DNA from: a virus
Taxonomy: Duplodnaviria > Caudoviricetes
Direction: 5' to 3' (one strand)
Virus record (IMG/VR): IMGVR_UViG_3300046779_001014
Coordinates: 1-42,229 of that record
Length of the DNA: 42,229 bases
How positions within the stretch are numbered: the first letter of the stretch is position 1; each line of letters opens with the position of its first letter. Under the pieces are notes generated by a model. The model was not told the DNA's origin. It saw only the letters and a program-made list of their open reading frames with translations, and ran no database searches. The translations under genes and the position numbers were made by a program. Below are positions 25,946 through 36,800 of the stretch, piece after piece.

Positions 25946-28900
25946 ATGGCTGATGCCGAATCAAATATTAGAATAGATATTGATGCGTCTGGTGCTTTAG
26001 CTTCCCTGAAAGCTTTACAGCGTGAGATTTCAACCTTCCATTCTACAATGGCTAAGGGGTCGGCAGCAATGGCTGCCACCTCTGCCAACCTCCAAAAAGA
26101 CTTAATAAATAATATAAATGCTACAAGGCAGTTCTCTGCCAATATGACCACAGTCCGTTCTGGTACAGAGTCATTCACAAAAGCATTAGAGGGAAATAAG
26201 CTTTCTCTAGGTCAATACTTTAAATACGCAGGTGCGTCTACTCAAAAATTCGGAAGACTTTTCAAGGGTGAATTTGACACAATCGAGAAGGTTGCTCGTG
26301 AGAGAGTAAAGACCCTACAGACTCAATACATCAAGATGGGTCGTGATGCCAATGGTGCTATCAAGGCTATAGCCGTAAGGCCACTAGCACTTGACATGGA
26401 GAACCTGGCAACGAAGACACAGATGGCTGCAATGAAGCAGCAGATGTTTAATCAGCTTGTTAAGCAAGGTTCAACAAATCTTCTAAACTTTGGTAAAAAT
26501 ACTCAGTGGGCTGGTCGCCAGCTTATGGTTGGTTTTACAATTCCTCTTACATACATGGGTATTGCTGCTGGTAAGGCATTCATGCAGATGGAAGAGCAGG
26601 CCATTAAGTTTAAGCGTGTATACGGTGAAATGTTTACTACAGCTGAAGAAACTGACAAGATGGTCAATGATATTCAGAATCTGGCTAAAGAGTTTACAAA
26701 ATATGGGGTTGCAGTTGTCGACACCATGGAGATGGCAGCTAAGGCTGCATCTATGGGTAAGATGGGGACAGACCTCCTAGCCCAGGTAACCGAAGCGAAT
26801 AGGCTATCGGTTCTTGGTAACGTAGATCAGGCACAAGCACTCGAAACTACAATCTCTGTTACAAATGCTTTTGGTGTTGCGACAGAGGAGCTTGCTGGAA
26901 AGATCAACTTCCTAAACGCAGTTGAAAACCAAACTGTAACCTCTATTGAAGACTTAACTGTTGCTATTCCAAAAGCTGGTCCAGTTGTTCAGCAACTCGG
27001 TGGTAACGTCGAAGACCTAGCCTTCTTCCTAACAGCGATGAAGGAAGGTGGAATTAATGCGTCTGAAGGTGCTAACGCACTAAAGTCTGGTCTAGCATCT
27101 TTGATCAACCCAACTGCAAAGGCATCTGAGTTCCTGGCTGGTATGGGTGTAAATATCAAGGGTATCGTAGAAGCCAACAAGGGCAACGTAAAGGGAATTG
27201 TTGTAGAGTTTGCTAAGGCATTAGACACATTAGACCCACTAGCAAGAGCACAGGCAATCGAGCAGCTATTTGGTAAGTTCCAATTCTCACGTCTATCTAC
27301 ACTATTCCAGAATGTTGTTGGGCAAGGAACTCAGGCAGCACGTGTTCTTGAGCTAACAAATGCTACCGCAGAAGAGCTAGCAATCCTGTCAGAGCGAGAA
27401 TTAAAGCGTGTTGAAGAATCTCCAATGTACAAGTTTAAACAGGCCGTAGAAGACCTAAAGGTTTCCTTGGTTCCACTAGGTGAGGCATTTGTAAAGGCTG
27501 TCACACCAATTGTTCAATTTGCTAAAGATGTTCTAGAAAGATTTAATGCACTTGACGAAGGTGCAAAAAGCTTTATCGTAGGGCTTACAGCACTACTCGG
27601 AGTGATAGGTCCAGTAGCTCTAATGGCATTTGGTCTTATTGCTAACGGTGCTGCTAACATTATAAAACTTTTCCAGGGTGTTGGTTCTATATTTGGAAGA
27701 GTAAGTGCAGATTCAAAGACTCTTGGTCTATCTACTCAGTACATGACCCAGGAACAATTAGAAGCAGAGGCAATTGCCTCATCGCTGAACCAGACACATG
27801 CAAGACTAATTCAGACATTCACATCTGAGGCTGGGGCTGTAGATAAGCTAACAGCTGCATACAATAGATCAGTTGCTGCTCAACAAAGAGCTATGCCAGG
27901 TATGGCAGGAAAGAATGCATCTGTAAAGAAGTATGCTAGTGGTGTAGTGTCAGTTCCTGGACCAAAGGGTGCAGGCGATGTTGTTCCAGCTATGCTTTCT
28001 CCAGGCGAAGCTATCATTCCTGCAAAGTTTGCAGAAAAGTATGCCCCACTAATTAATGCAATGGTTTCTGGCAATATACCAGGATTTGTAAAGGGCCGTG
28101 GCACACCAGAAAAGAACATTGATATTCAGTCTCAAATGGCTAGAGATTACAGTGTTATTCATGGCAAAGAGGGTGGAGCCAAGGTTCTTCTAGCAGCACA
28201 AAAAGCTATTTCTGCAGAGCAAAAAGCAATTGTCAAGGAAATGAAGTCTAGCCAGCTAGTGTCTAAGGATAATGCTGCTCAGCAAATTAAGCTAAATCGT
28301 GCACACCTGGCTGCAGTAGATAAAAGCATAAAGGATGCCAGACTATGGCAGATTGGTTCAGTTACTAGACCAGAGACTATGGTGTCTAACAATCTAGTTC
28401 AGACGATGCAGTCTTCTCCAAAGAACCTAAAGAGTTTTGCTTCATATCTTGCTAAGGCTGGAGCAACAGAAGCACAAAAAGCAAACATTACCAAAATGCT
28501 AGGCTCTGGAAGGGCACTGACTGGAAAAGATGAGCAGCTATACGGAAAAGCATTAGGGCTAGTCGATAAAGATCTTAAGTCTGGCAGTGCCACAATGGGT
28601 AACCGTAAGGGAGATGCCTTTACATCTGGTATGCGTTTCTCTGGTGCCGTATCTAAGGGTATATCTGCAAAGTACGGGGCACTTTCTGGCATGGATCCAA
28701 AGATGGCTACTGCTGTTATGGGCGATCCAGTAAAGGCACAGAAGATTGCTGACAAGGTTGCAAAGGAACACCAAGATGCAAAAGTTGCTGATACCAAGGC
28801 TACCAAGGAGTCAACAAAGACAACCAAGAAAGCAACAGAGACAACAAAGCAACGACAAAAGTTTGACAACACCGCAATTGCAGAGGCTAAGAAGGCTAAA

Positions 28901-31900
28901 GAGGCTAGGTCTACAGCAGCTAAAAAGGGCTGGGAGACTAGAAAAGCAAATGCAGCCTCAGCTCCTGTAGCAGCTACTACTCCTACTCAGTCTGGTAGGG
29001 GTATGGCTGGACGTATGGGAGGAGCTGCAACTACAGTTGGAATGGTAGCTATGGGTGCATCTATGATGGGTGGACCAGTTGGAGATGTAGCTGGACAGGT
29101 AGCAGGGCCATTGATGATGGTTGGTATGCTATTCCAAATGTTGCCAGCACCGATTGCAGCCGTTGTAGCTGGACTTGGACTAATCGCAGTTGCAGGATTC
29201 GCACTAAAGGGTGCATTTGACAAGGCACAGGATTCAGCAATGAAGCTATCCGATACACTTGGCTCTGGTGAAAATGCTATGCGTGGATTCGCTGAGTTTG
29301 CAGGAAACGTTACTGCTGGCGAGGTCATGGACAAGAGACGTAAGAATGAGCTATCAATGTTCCAGGTACAAACTGGTAAGACAACATTTGGTGAAAGTTA
29401 CGTTCAGGGTGAGCAGGGCAAGGCAATGATTTCTGGAGTTAAGCAGTCAATGTCTACAATGGGCAATGCGGCAACTCAAGCACAGATGGTTAATCAGCTA
29501 GGAACAGCTGTGGCTTCTGGATCACTAGACTTTGCTCAGGCTAAGAGTATTGTTGCAAATATTGCTAGTGAGCTAAATAATGAAGCATTTGGAATTAATG
29601 TAATTGGAAAGCTTGAGCAGATGCTTGGTCCAAATGGAGAAGATCTCGCAAAGAGTCCTCTAGAGGTAAGAACTAAGCTAATACAGGAAACTCAAAAGAA
29701 CGTTGTTTCACAGGGTGCAAATATGAAGAACGTAGCAGATCCAATAGCAACTCTTGGAAAAGCAGCACTTCTAACAGGTGAGCTTGCTGCAACTGGAGCA
29801 CTGATTGGTTCCGCTATATTCCCAGGAATTGGAACTGCAGCAGGAGCAGTGGTTGGTACGGTTGCTGGTATTGCTACCCAGGCAGGAAGCGTTGTAGACT
29901 CATTTGCTAAAATGGGCACTGCAAGCGGTGCTACAGTAGCAACAGGAATTATGGCATTGCAACAACAGCAGGAAATGCTAGACTCGCTAGAGCTTGACTA
30001 TCAAAAGAGGATTGCAATTGCTAATGCAGCAGGAGATACCGCAAAGGCAGAGCAGCTACAAAATGATCTAATTAGTGATCGTGCAGCCTTGCTAGAGCAA
30101 AACAAGGCAACTACAAAGTCTGTCTTGGACACATATACAAAAGCAGGATTTGCTGGGCAGGGTGCAATGGGGCAGGCCGTCGATAAGGCAATTGAGCAAA
30201 AGTACGCAGATGATCCACTTATGCAGCAGGTAGCAAATAGTGCAAAGGATCAGATTGTATCTGCATCTGGACTCGATCAAACACAAGAATACCAGATGAA
30301 GCTGATGCTAGCTACTGGAGATCTTGACCCACTTACTGCACAAAATCTTATTAATACATTCGGTGGCGACAGCAAGACAATGACAAATGTGCTTGATGTC
30401 ATGACTAATCTTGGTACTGCAGAAGGAAACCAGGCACTCCAAGTAATGAACATGTTTGTTGATGAAAATGGAAATCCAAAGCCAGAACAACAGGCTAAGT
30501 TTATGGCAGACCTTGCCGTTAAGTCACCAGCAGATGCATCAAAGTACATAGACCTATTCCTAAATGCAAAGAATATTGGAAACGTGGTACCACTTGACGT
30601 TGTTATGTCGTTCTATCAAAAGAACCCGAAGGCAGCAGAGGCATGGCAAAAGCAGCTAGATCAAATAAACGCTGTTGACGGAAAGATGTCAATGGACTTC
30701 GTTCAAAATCTTATTGGTGCAGAGCAGTTTGACATATTTAAGCAAAACCAGGCTTACTTCGAATCATTAGACCCAGTACAGCAAAAGACTTACATGTCAG
30801 CATTTACAAACACAATGCAGCTTGAGGGCGACAAGGATATGCAGGACGCATACAAGCTTTGGCTAAAAGAGCCAGGTAACGCTAAGAAGATGTTTGAAGA
30901 TTTTGCTGTTGCTAAGGCTGTAAAAGTTACCAAGGAGTCTGTAGACACCACAACAGATACAAAAACTACAAAAGCTCCTTCTACTGGTGGCGGTGGAAAG
31001 AAGGAAGATCCATACGAGGATATCCTTAAGCGTCTAAAGAATGTTCGTCTAGCATCTATTAATGCACAAGGCGGTCTGAAAGAGCTTCTAAAAATAGCTG
31101 GTGGTAAAAAAGACATTCAACTATTTAGTGGTGTAGAGCAGCAGCTTTCCAAGTTGGGTGCAAGCTCCCAGTTTATTCAATACATTGCTGGTGCAGATAA
31201 GGCAACGCAAAAGTTATTTATAAATATAAAGAGAGGCGTTGTCACCCTGACCGCTACTGGTAAGGCAATGAAAAAAGCCTTCGACGAGGCCATTCTTGGT
31301 GAGTTCCAGGCTAAGCTAAAGCAGGGAACTTCAGACTTAAAGGCTCAAGCATCTGGCTTTAAGCTACTACAAAAATTTGGTGCTAGTGCCGAAGAGGCTA
31401 TGGATATGACTGCAGATGCAGCATTTGCATCAGCACTTGCAAGTGCGAAGGGTAAGCAAGAGATAGCAAGGCTTATCGCTGCACAAAGAGAGTATAACAA
31501 GCTTAAGAAAGAACAAGAAGAGCGTGACAAGAGAATTGCAAAGCTAAAGTCAGCCCAGGAAGGCGTTCAGGAAAGCAACACAGACTTTGTTAATCAGCAG
31601 TCATTGCTGAGCAAGCTGCAAGCAGACAAGTCTCTAACAGAAGAGCAAGTTAAGGCAATTCTAAATGATCCTAACTTACAAACACTTTACCTAAACCCAA
31701 CTATTGGAAATGCAGCAGACTTACAGAAGGCACTAGATAATGCAAAACTAAAAGCCAAGGTTGAGCTAGATACAAAGAAGCTAACAGTAGATGGAATGCA
31801 AGAAATCTTTGATGATGGCTTTAATAAGGCTATGGAAGCATTCTCTGCAAAGGAAAAAAAGATTGAGCTAGACTTCGAGGTAAACAATAAAGGCAACCTA

Positions 31901-33118
31901 GATACCGTAGAGGATACTGAAAGCAAGATTGCTGGAATTAACTATCAAATAGATGATTATCAGGCTGGTCTTAAGCTAATAGAAGATCAAGAAGAGCAGA
32001 TAAACAAGAAGTATGACACTAAGCTAGATGCTCTAGATAAGATTGCTAAGGTTAACGACAAAATTGGTCGTCAGGCAAAGCAACAGCTATCCCTTGCAGA
32101 TGCACTGTCACAAGGTGACGTTTCTGCAGCAGCCCGTGCTGTCCAAGATGTCAAGTCTCAGCAATCACAGGACGCTCTTGATTCGCAGAAGGACGCTATT
32201 GAAGCACAAAGAAATCGTGCTTTGGGAGAAGTAACTTCAGACGTAAACGGCAAGAAGCTAACCAGAGTTCAGATCGAAGAATCAATCAAAAAGCTTGAGC
32301 AGGATATATTTAACCTAGAAGAGAAGTCTCTAGAGCCTGCTAGAGAGCGTCTACGCATAGCAGAAGAGCTAAAGAAGAATGAGATAGAACGACTAACCAT
32401 TCTTGGAAAGACTCGTGCAGAGTGGGAGCGTGAGCAAAACAATGTAGATATCGCCAGAACTGAGAGTGACGAGTATGTCGGTGCTATGAAGGAAGCCCTG
32501 GATATAGTGGATGACCTTACAGAGTCGTACGAGAATGGAACTACCGCTGGAACTACTACTGCTGCAACAACCACTAAGTCAACAACAAAGGTAACACCAA
32601 AGCCTACTGTAAAGGTAACACCAAAGCCTACTGTAAAGGCAACACCAAAGCCTACTGTAAAGGCAACACCAAAGCCTACTGTAAAGGTAACGCCAAGGCC
32701 AATCCCAGATAGAATAGACAGGGCAACACCAAAGCCAACTGCAAAGCCAACGATACTTGAGTCCGCTGGAAAAGCAGTAGCAGGTTTTATTGGCGGATTG
32801 TTTGGATTTAAGCTTGCAACTGGAGGAATGGTTCCAAACTATCTAGCTGCTGGCGGATCGCCATTCGCAGTAGGAACAGACACAGTGCCTGCGATGCTGA
32901 CACCAGGAGAGTTCGTTGTTAAGCGACAGGCAGTGAAAGACTTCGGGGTAGACAGGCTAAAGGCTATAAATTCTGGCACATACAGTGGAGATTCCATGTA
33001 TAATTATGAAGTAAACGTTAACGTCAAGTCAGACGCAAACCCTGACCAGATTGCAAGAGCAGTTATGTCTCAGATCAGACAGGTTGACGCACAACGAATT
33101 AGGAGCAATAGACTGTAA
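25946..33118 (+). CDS. Tape measure protein (TP901-family core)
   Basis: 2390 aa Ala/Lys-rich helical; GINASEGANALKSGL, AIEQLFGK; hydrophobic segments; synteny. Confidence 0.95.
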   Translation: MADAESNIRIDIDASGALASLKALQREISTFHSTMAKGSAAMAATSANLQKDLINNINATRQFSANMTTVRSGTESFTKALEGNKLSLGQYFKYAGASTQKFGRLFKGEFDTIEKVARERVKTLQTQYIKMGRDANGAIKAIAVRPLALDMENLATKTQMAAMKQQMFNQLVKQGSTNLLNFGKNTQWAGRQLMVGFTIPLTYMGIAAGKAFMQMEEQAIKFKRVYGEMFTTAEETDKMVNDIQNLAKEFTKYGVAVVDTMEMAAKAASMGKMGTDLLAQVTEANRLSVLGNVDQAQALETTISVTNAFGVATEELAGKINFLNAVENQTVTSIEDLTVAIPKAGPVVQQLGGNVEDLAFFLTAMKEGGINASEGANALKSGLASLINPTAKASEFLAGMGVNIKGIVEANKGNVKGIVVEFAKALDTLDPLARAQAIEQLFGKFQFSRLSTLFQNVVGQGTQAARVLELTNATAEELAILSERELKRVEESPMYKFKQAVEDLKVSLVPLGEAFVKAVTPIVQFAKDVLERFNALDEGAKSFIVGLTALLGVIGPVALMAFGLIANGAANIIKLFQGVGSIFGRVSADSKTLGLSTQYMTQEQLEAEAIASSLNQTHARLIQTFTSEAGAVDKLTAAYNRSVAAQQRAMPGMAGKNASVKKYASGVVSVPGPKGAGDVVPAMLSPGEAIIPAKFAEKYAPLINAMVSGNIPGFVKGRGTPEKNIDIQSQMARDYSVIHGKEGGAKVLLAAQKAISAEQKAIVKEMKSSQLVSKDNAAQQIKLNRAHLAAVDKSIKDARLWQIGSVTRPETMVSNNLVQTMQSSPKNLKSFASYLAKAGATEAQKANITKMLGSGRALTGKDEQLYGKALGLVDKDLKSGSATMGNRKGDAFTSGMRFSGAVSKGISAKYGALSGMDPKMATAVMGDPVKAQKIADKVAKEHQDAKVADTKATKESTKTTKKATETTKQRQKFDNTAIAEAKKAKEARSTAAKKGWETRKANAASAPVAATTPTQSGRGMAGRMGGAATTVGMVAMGASMMGGPVGDVAGQVAGPLMMVGMLFQMLPAPIAAVVAGLGLIAVAGFALKGAFDKAQDSAMKLSDTLGSGENAMRGFAEFAGNVTAGEVMDKRRKNELSMFQVQTGKTTFGESYVQGEQGKAMISGVKQSMSTMGNAATQAQMVNQLGTAVASGSLDFAQAKSIVANIASELNNEAFGINVIGKLEQMLGPNGEDLAKSPLEVRTKLIQETQKNVVSQGANMKNVADPIATLGKAALLTGELAATGALIGSAIFPGIGTAAGAVVGTVAGIATQAGSVVDSFAKMGTASGATVATGIMALQQQQEMLDSLELDYQKRIAIANAAGDTAKAEQLQNDLISDRAALLEQNKATTKSVLDTYTKAGFAGQGAMGQAVDKAIEQKYADDPLMQQVANSAKDQIVSASGLDQTQEYQMKLMLATGDLDPLTAQNLINTFGGDSKTMTNVLDVMTNLGTAEGNQALQVMNMFVDENGNPKPEQQAKFMADLAVKSPADASKYIDLFLNAKNIGNVVPLDVVMSFYQKNPKAAEAWQKQLDQINAVDGKMSMDFVQNLIGAEQFDIFKQNQAYFESLDPVQQKTYMSAFTNTMQLEGDKDMQDAYKLWLKEPGNAKKMFEDFAVAKAVKVTKESVDTTTDTKTTKAPSTGGGGKKEDPYEDILKRLKNVRLASINAQGGLKELLKIAGGKKDIQLFSGVEQQLSKLGASSQFIQYIAGADKATQKLFINIKRGVVTLTATGKAMKKAFDEAILGEFQAKLKQGTSDLKAQASGFKLLQKFGASAEEAMDMTADAAFASALASAKGKQEIARLIAAQREYNKLKKEQEERDKRIAKLKSAQEGVQESNTDFVNQQSLLSKLQADKSLTEEQVKAILNDPNLQTLYLNPTIGNAADLQKALDNAKLKAKVELDTKKLTVDGMQEIFDDGFNKAMEAFSAKEKKIELDFEVNNKGNLDTVEDTESKIAGINYQIDDYQAGLKLIEDQEEQINKKYDTKLDALDKIAKVNDKIGRQAKQQLSLADALSQGDVSAAARAVQDVKSQQSQDALDSQKDAIEAQRNRALGEVTSDVNGKKLTRVQIEESIKKLEQDIFNLEEKSLEPARERLRIAEELKKNEIERLTILGKTRAEWEREQNNVDIARTESDEYVGAMKEALDIVDDLTESYENGTTAGTTTAATTTKSTTKVTPKPTVKVTPKPTVKATPKPTVKATPKPTVKVTPRPIPDRIDRATPKPTAKPTILESAGKAVAGFIGGLFGFKLATGGMVPNYLAAGGSPFAVGTDTVPAMLTPGEFVVKRQAVKDFGVDRLKAINSGTYSGDSMYNYEVNVNVKSDANPDQIARAVMSQIRQVDAQRIRSNRL
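32587..32700 (+). repeat. 24-bp tandem repeat, 4 full copies plus 1 partial, encoding K(V/A)TPKPTV
   Basis: aaagg(t/c)aacaccaaagcctactgt starting at 32587, 32611, 32635, 32659, partial at 32683. Confidence 0.95.
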
Positions 33119-33816
33119 TGTCAACAAGTCAATATCTAGCTGGTAGGAAGAAGTACGGAAGACCACAGGCTATCCTATGGTCTAACTTCGAGCCAACCGT
33201 ACAAAATGGCATATATGTTCCTGCAGGATTTGAAGTAGGGCAAACAACGGACTCTATTGACGAATCATTAATAGATTCTTTTATCATCCTTTCAGATGAC
33301 AACAGAGATAAGCTAGATTTTTCAGTAGAACGAATTGAAAAACGTGAGCGTATGATTAATGGTCGTATGCGTTCATATCACATTGCAGATAAGCTGAGTT
33401 TATCGACATCGTGGACATCTCTTCCATCTAGATCTTTTATAACCAATCCAGAATTTAATGAAGCTGGAAAGCCAGCTGGACTTACAGACACAGTTGATCA
33501 TGACGGAAGCTCTCTTACCCCGAATACTCCTATAGCCTACAGCGGCTCTGAGTACTTTGCTGACCAGCAATATACTACAGATGGCGGTGCTGGAGGGGTA
33601 GAACTTTTAAGTTGGTATGAAAGCCACCCAGGGCCATTCTGGGTATACCTAGCGTATGACAAGTACAGTAATTTTGACAATGATAAATACTCTAAGCTTG
33701 GACAGTATAATGAAGCGATAGAGATGTATATCTCAGACTTCTCATATAGCGTTGTAAAGCGTGGTAGAAGTAATTTCGATCTATGGGACATTAGCGTAAC
33801 GCTGGAAGAGGTTTAA
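33118..33816 (+). CDS. Putative distal tail protein
   Basis: Directly after TMP; RERMINGRMRSY...LSTSW...WDISVTLEEV. Confidence 0.6.
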   Translation: MSTSQYLAGRKKYGRPQAILWSNFEPTVQNGIYVPAGFEVGQTTDSIDESLIDSFIILSDDNRDKLDFSVERIEKRERMINGRMRSYHIADKLSLSTSWTSLPSRSFITNPEFNEAGKPAGLTDTVDHDGSSLTPNTPIAYSGSEYFADQQYTTDGGAGGVELLSWYESHPGPFWVYLAYDKYSNFDNDKYSKLGQYNEAIEMYISDFSYSVVKRGRSNFDLWDISVTLEEV

Positions 33817-33817
33817 T

Positions 33818-36800
33818 ATGTTTGATGACAAAGAATTATTAAATCATCTTCAAACTCAGCCAACAATAAAGACCAGATCTGCAATTATTGCAGAATGGAA
33901 CATGAACATAGGATCTAATATCGATAAAGTTGGTAACTATAGATATAGACCACTAGACCAGGTAGGTTCTAAGTACTCTTCACTATCACAGACATATGAT
34001 CCAGAAGATATTGGGTATCTATACACTGGTGCAACCAATGCTGATATTGTTATTGATGGAACCTATGACGAAGAAGATAGCCTTACACTATTTAAGACAA
34101 ACAATGAAAAAGAAGAGTCACTATTTTCTTTGGAAAGCTGTCTAGAGCGTTTTAGACCACGATCAGGAATTAATAAAGCTAGATTTGGAATAAACTCAAA
34201 GTACTTGCACTATAGCAACGAAGACCTTGCAAGTAGGCCACGGTATTATATGGCAGATAAGAATGACAAGTTTAAGTATTGGAGCTCATTTAGATCAGAG
34301 GCGATCTACAAATATGAATACTCAGATGGAAGCACATCTTATGGAGAAAGCCCTACATTTTTAGATGGCGAAGTCGCCAAGAGTGGAGTAGTCAGTTCCT
34401 ATAAAGAAAGAGGAATAGCTCTTCAAAAACAAAATGGGCAGCACTACATTGACGATACAGCCCCATTTGTAATTTATAAAGATCCTGTACCAGCAAATAG
34501 AATTGTTACCAAGATACAGACTAATATCGGATCTGTAAAACTAAATGACATGTTTGGTCCAGCAGGACTGGTTTCTGATCCGTTCTTTGGCGATGAAAAT
34601 AAGACAACACCAGTAAGGTGGAAGATTCAGTATCTATCTGGTAACTCCTGGATAGACGCAGTCTCATTTGACGAGAGTAGTAGAAGAAAAGATGGCTCTC
34701 CAATTTTTTCTAGTGATGGCTATGTAGAGCTATCTTACGGACTAATTATCCCAGAACTATTCAGGGATAAGTTTAATTTGGTTGGCACGGTTTCACTAGA
34801 AGCAAACTTGCCACAAGAAGCAGTCGACGGCGATGCATACCTAATCATTCCATCAGATGGCTCGATAGGTAGAATGACTGTTTGGTATAACGGCGGATAC
34901 GTAAGATCTTTTACACCAGAATATGGTTGGCAGCTTCATGATGAAAATGTTTCTTCTGCAACTAACTTTATCTCAGAGTTGGTAGATTCACCAAGTTACT
35001 TTGTTGGATCAGAAAGAAAGTTTAGAGAGTTTACGTTTGTTCGTGGTATCAGAGTAGTTGCAGAAACTATGAATCTGCACGGTACATCCCTAGACCTAAT
35101 AGAAATGTCTCCAAGATTAGCTGCAGATATATCTGGAATCACTAAGTCATTCTCTTTGTCAAAAACAGCATCAGACATCGGAGATTCTGGTCTTCCTGTT
35201 GGCCAGCTTCTAGCTTCAACTGGTGCAATTCAAATATTTGATACAGAACTAGCTTTTAACAAAAATAATATTAGGAGCATGGTTTCTGAGTACCAAGCAC
35301 AGAACCTGCAAATTAAGTTTTACGAGGTCATCAATAGAGACGACATAGACTATTATATTCCAATAAAGACCATGTACTCTGATGGATTCCCAGAGACTAG
35401 CATGGATAATAGAAACGTTACAATAACCCTTAGAGATATGCTTTTCTATTTTGAAAACCACAATGCACCAGAGCTATTGATAACTAAGGCATCGCTATCA
35501 TATGCAGTTTCTATACTGCTCGACTATATTGGATTTTCAAATTATACATTCTATAGGCTAGAAAATGAGTCAGATCCAATAATTCCTTTCTTCTTTGTAG
35601 ATCCAACAATGAGCTTGGCAGAAGTGCTAGAGCAGCTAGCAATATCTACTCAAACAGCAATGTTCTTTGACGAGTATAATAATTTTATTTGCATGAGCAA
35701 GGGCTACATGATGCCAGGGCAAGACGATAGAGCCACAGATCTTACACTGTATGGGTCAAAGGATTATTCTAAAGACGGAATCTCTAAGAATCAAAGCACA
35801 ACATTAAATCTAGCTAACATTATCGAGGTAACTGAAAAGAATAGCAAGGTCTATAATTCTGGAACTATAAACTACACAACCAGATATATTCAGAAATCAC
35901 TAGGTTCTATTAAGCAAGCCTATGTCTTAGATAAAGAAAGAACTTGGATATACAAGTCTGTACTACTATGGGAGGTTTCTGCACCAGAGAACTCAAAGTC
36001 GGTCAATGAGCAAACCTCTACATCGGACTCTTATAGCCTTTCAGCAATACCACTTAACTCAGATCTATCAGATCAGGTGCCAGTAGTTGTGAATAATCAG
36101 GTTGTAAATAACATCATTGACCTAGGAGAAGCTGTTTACTGGCTAGGAAAATACAATGGATACTTCTATGCTAATGGAGAAATTATAAAATTTGATGCCA
36201 TAGAGTATAGCGTATCTGGTATTTTTGGTAACGTTTGGATAACAAGCGTTGCAGATTACCAAAAGTATTTTTCTAAGATTCCGTTCAACGGCAAGATGTA
36301 TCCTACTGGCCGTGTAAGGATTTACTCAGAGCCAAACTACGAACAGGTACTTGACCAAACAAGACTAGCTAATGGTGCAGTAGCTAAACATGGTAGAGGC
36401 CAATTTGGTACCGCAATTGAAAAGCACTCTGCTGGTCTTAATCCGTATTGGAAGTCTTCAGAAAATGTTCGTGGATACGCTATGGAATCTAGGTATCTAT
36501 TTGGACAAGACACTTTTGATACAGAGGTACAGAGCGTAGCCATTGCTGGAGAAAAAACGGCTGACGGTGCCTTTGCAAATACAAAAGCTAAAAGGTCAAA
36601 TAGAACAGACGTAATTAAAAACTTTTTAAGTTCAACTTATTATTCTGAAACGTCTTCGTCAACCAAGACACCAGAAATGGTCCAGGCATCAGCACTAGTA
36701 TTTGAAGGACCATCTTTTACAACCGAAGAGTCACCACTAAACTTTGTTTCGTATGTTACAAAGAAAGTATCAGATCAGTCAAACAAGTTTAAGCATTTTG

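Noticed and set aside
32587-32700. CRISPR-like array
   Set aside because: Units are contiguous without spacers and in frame within the TMP
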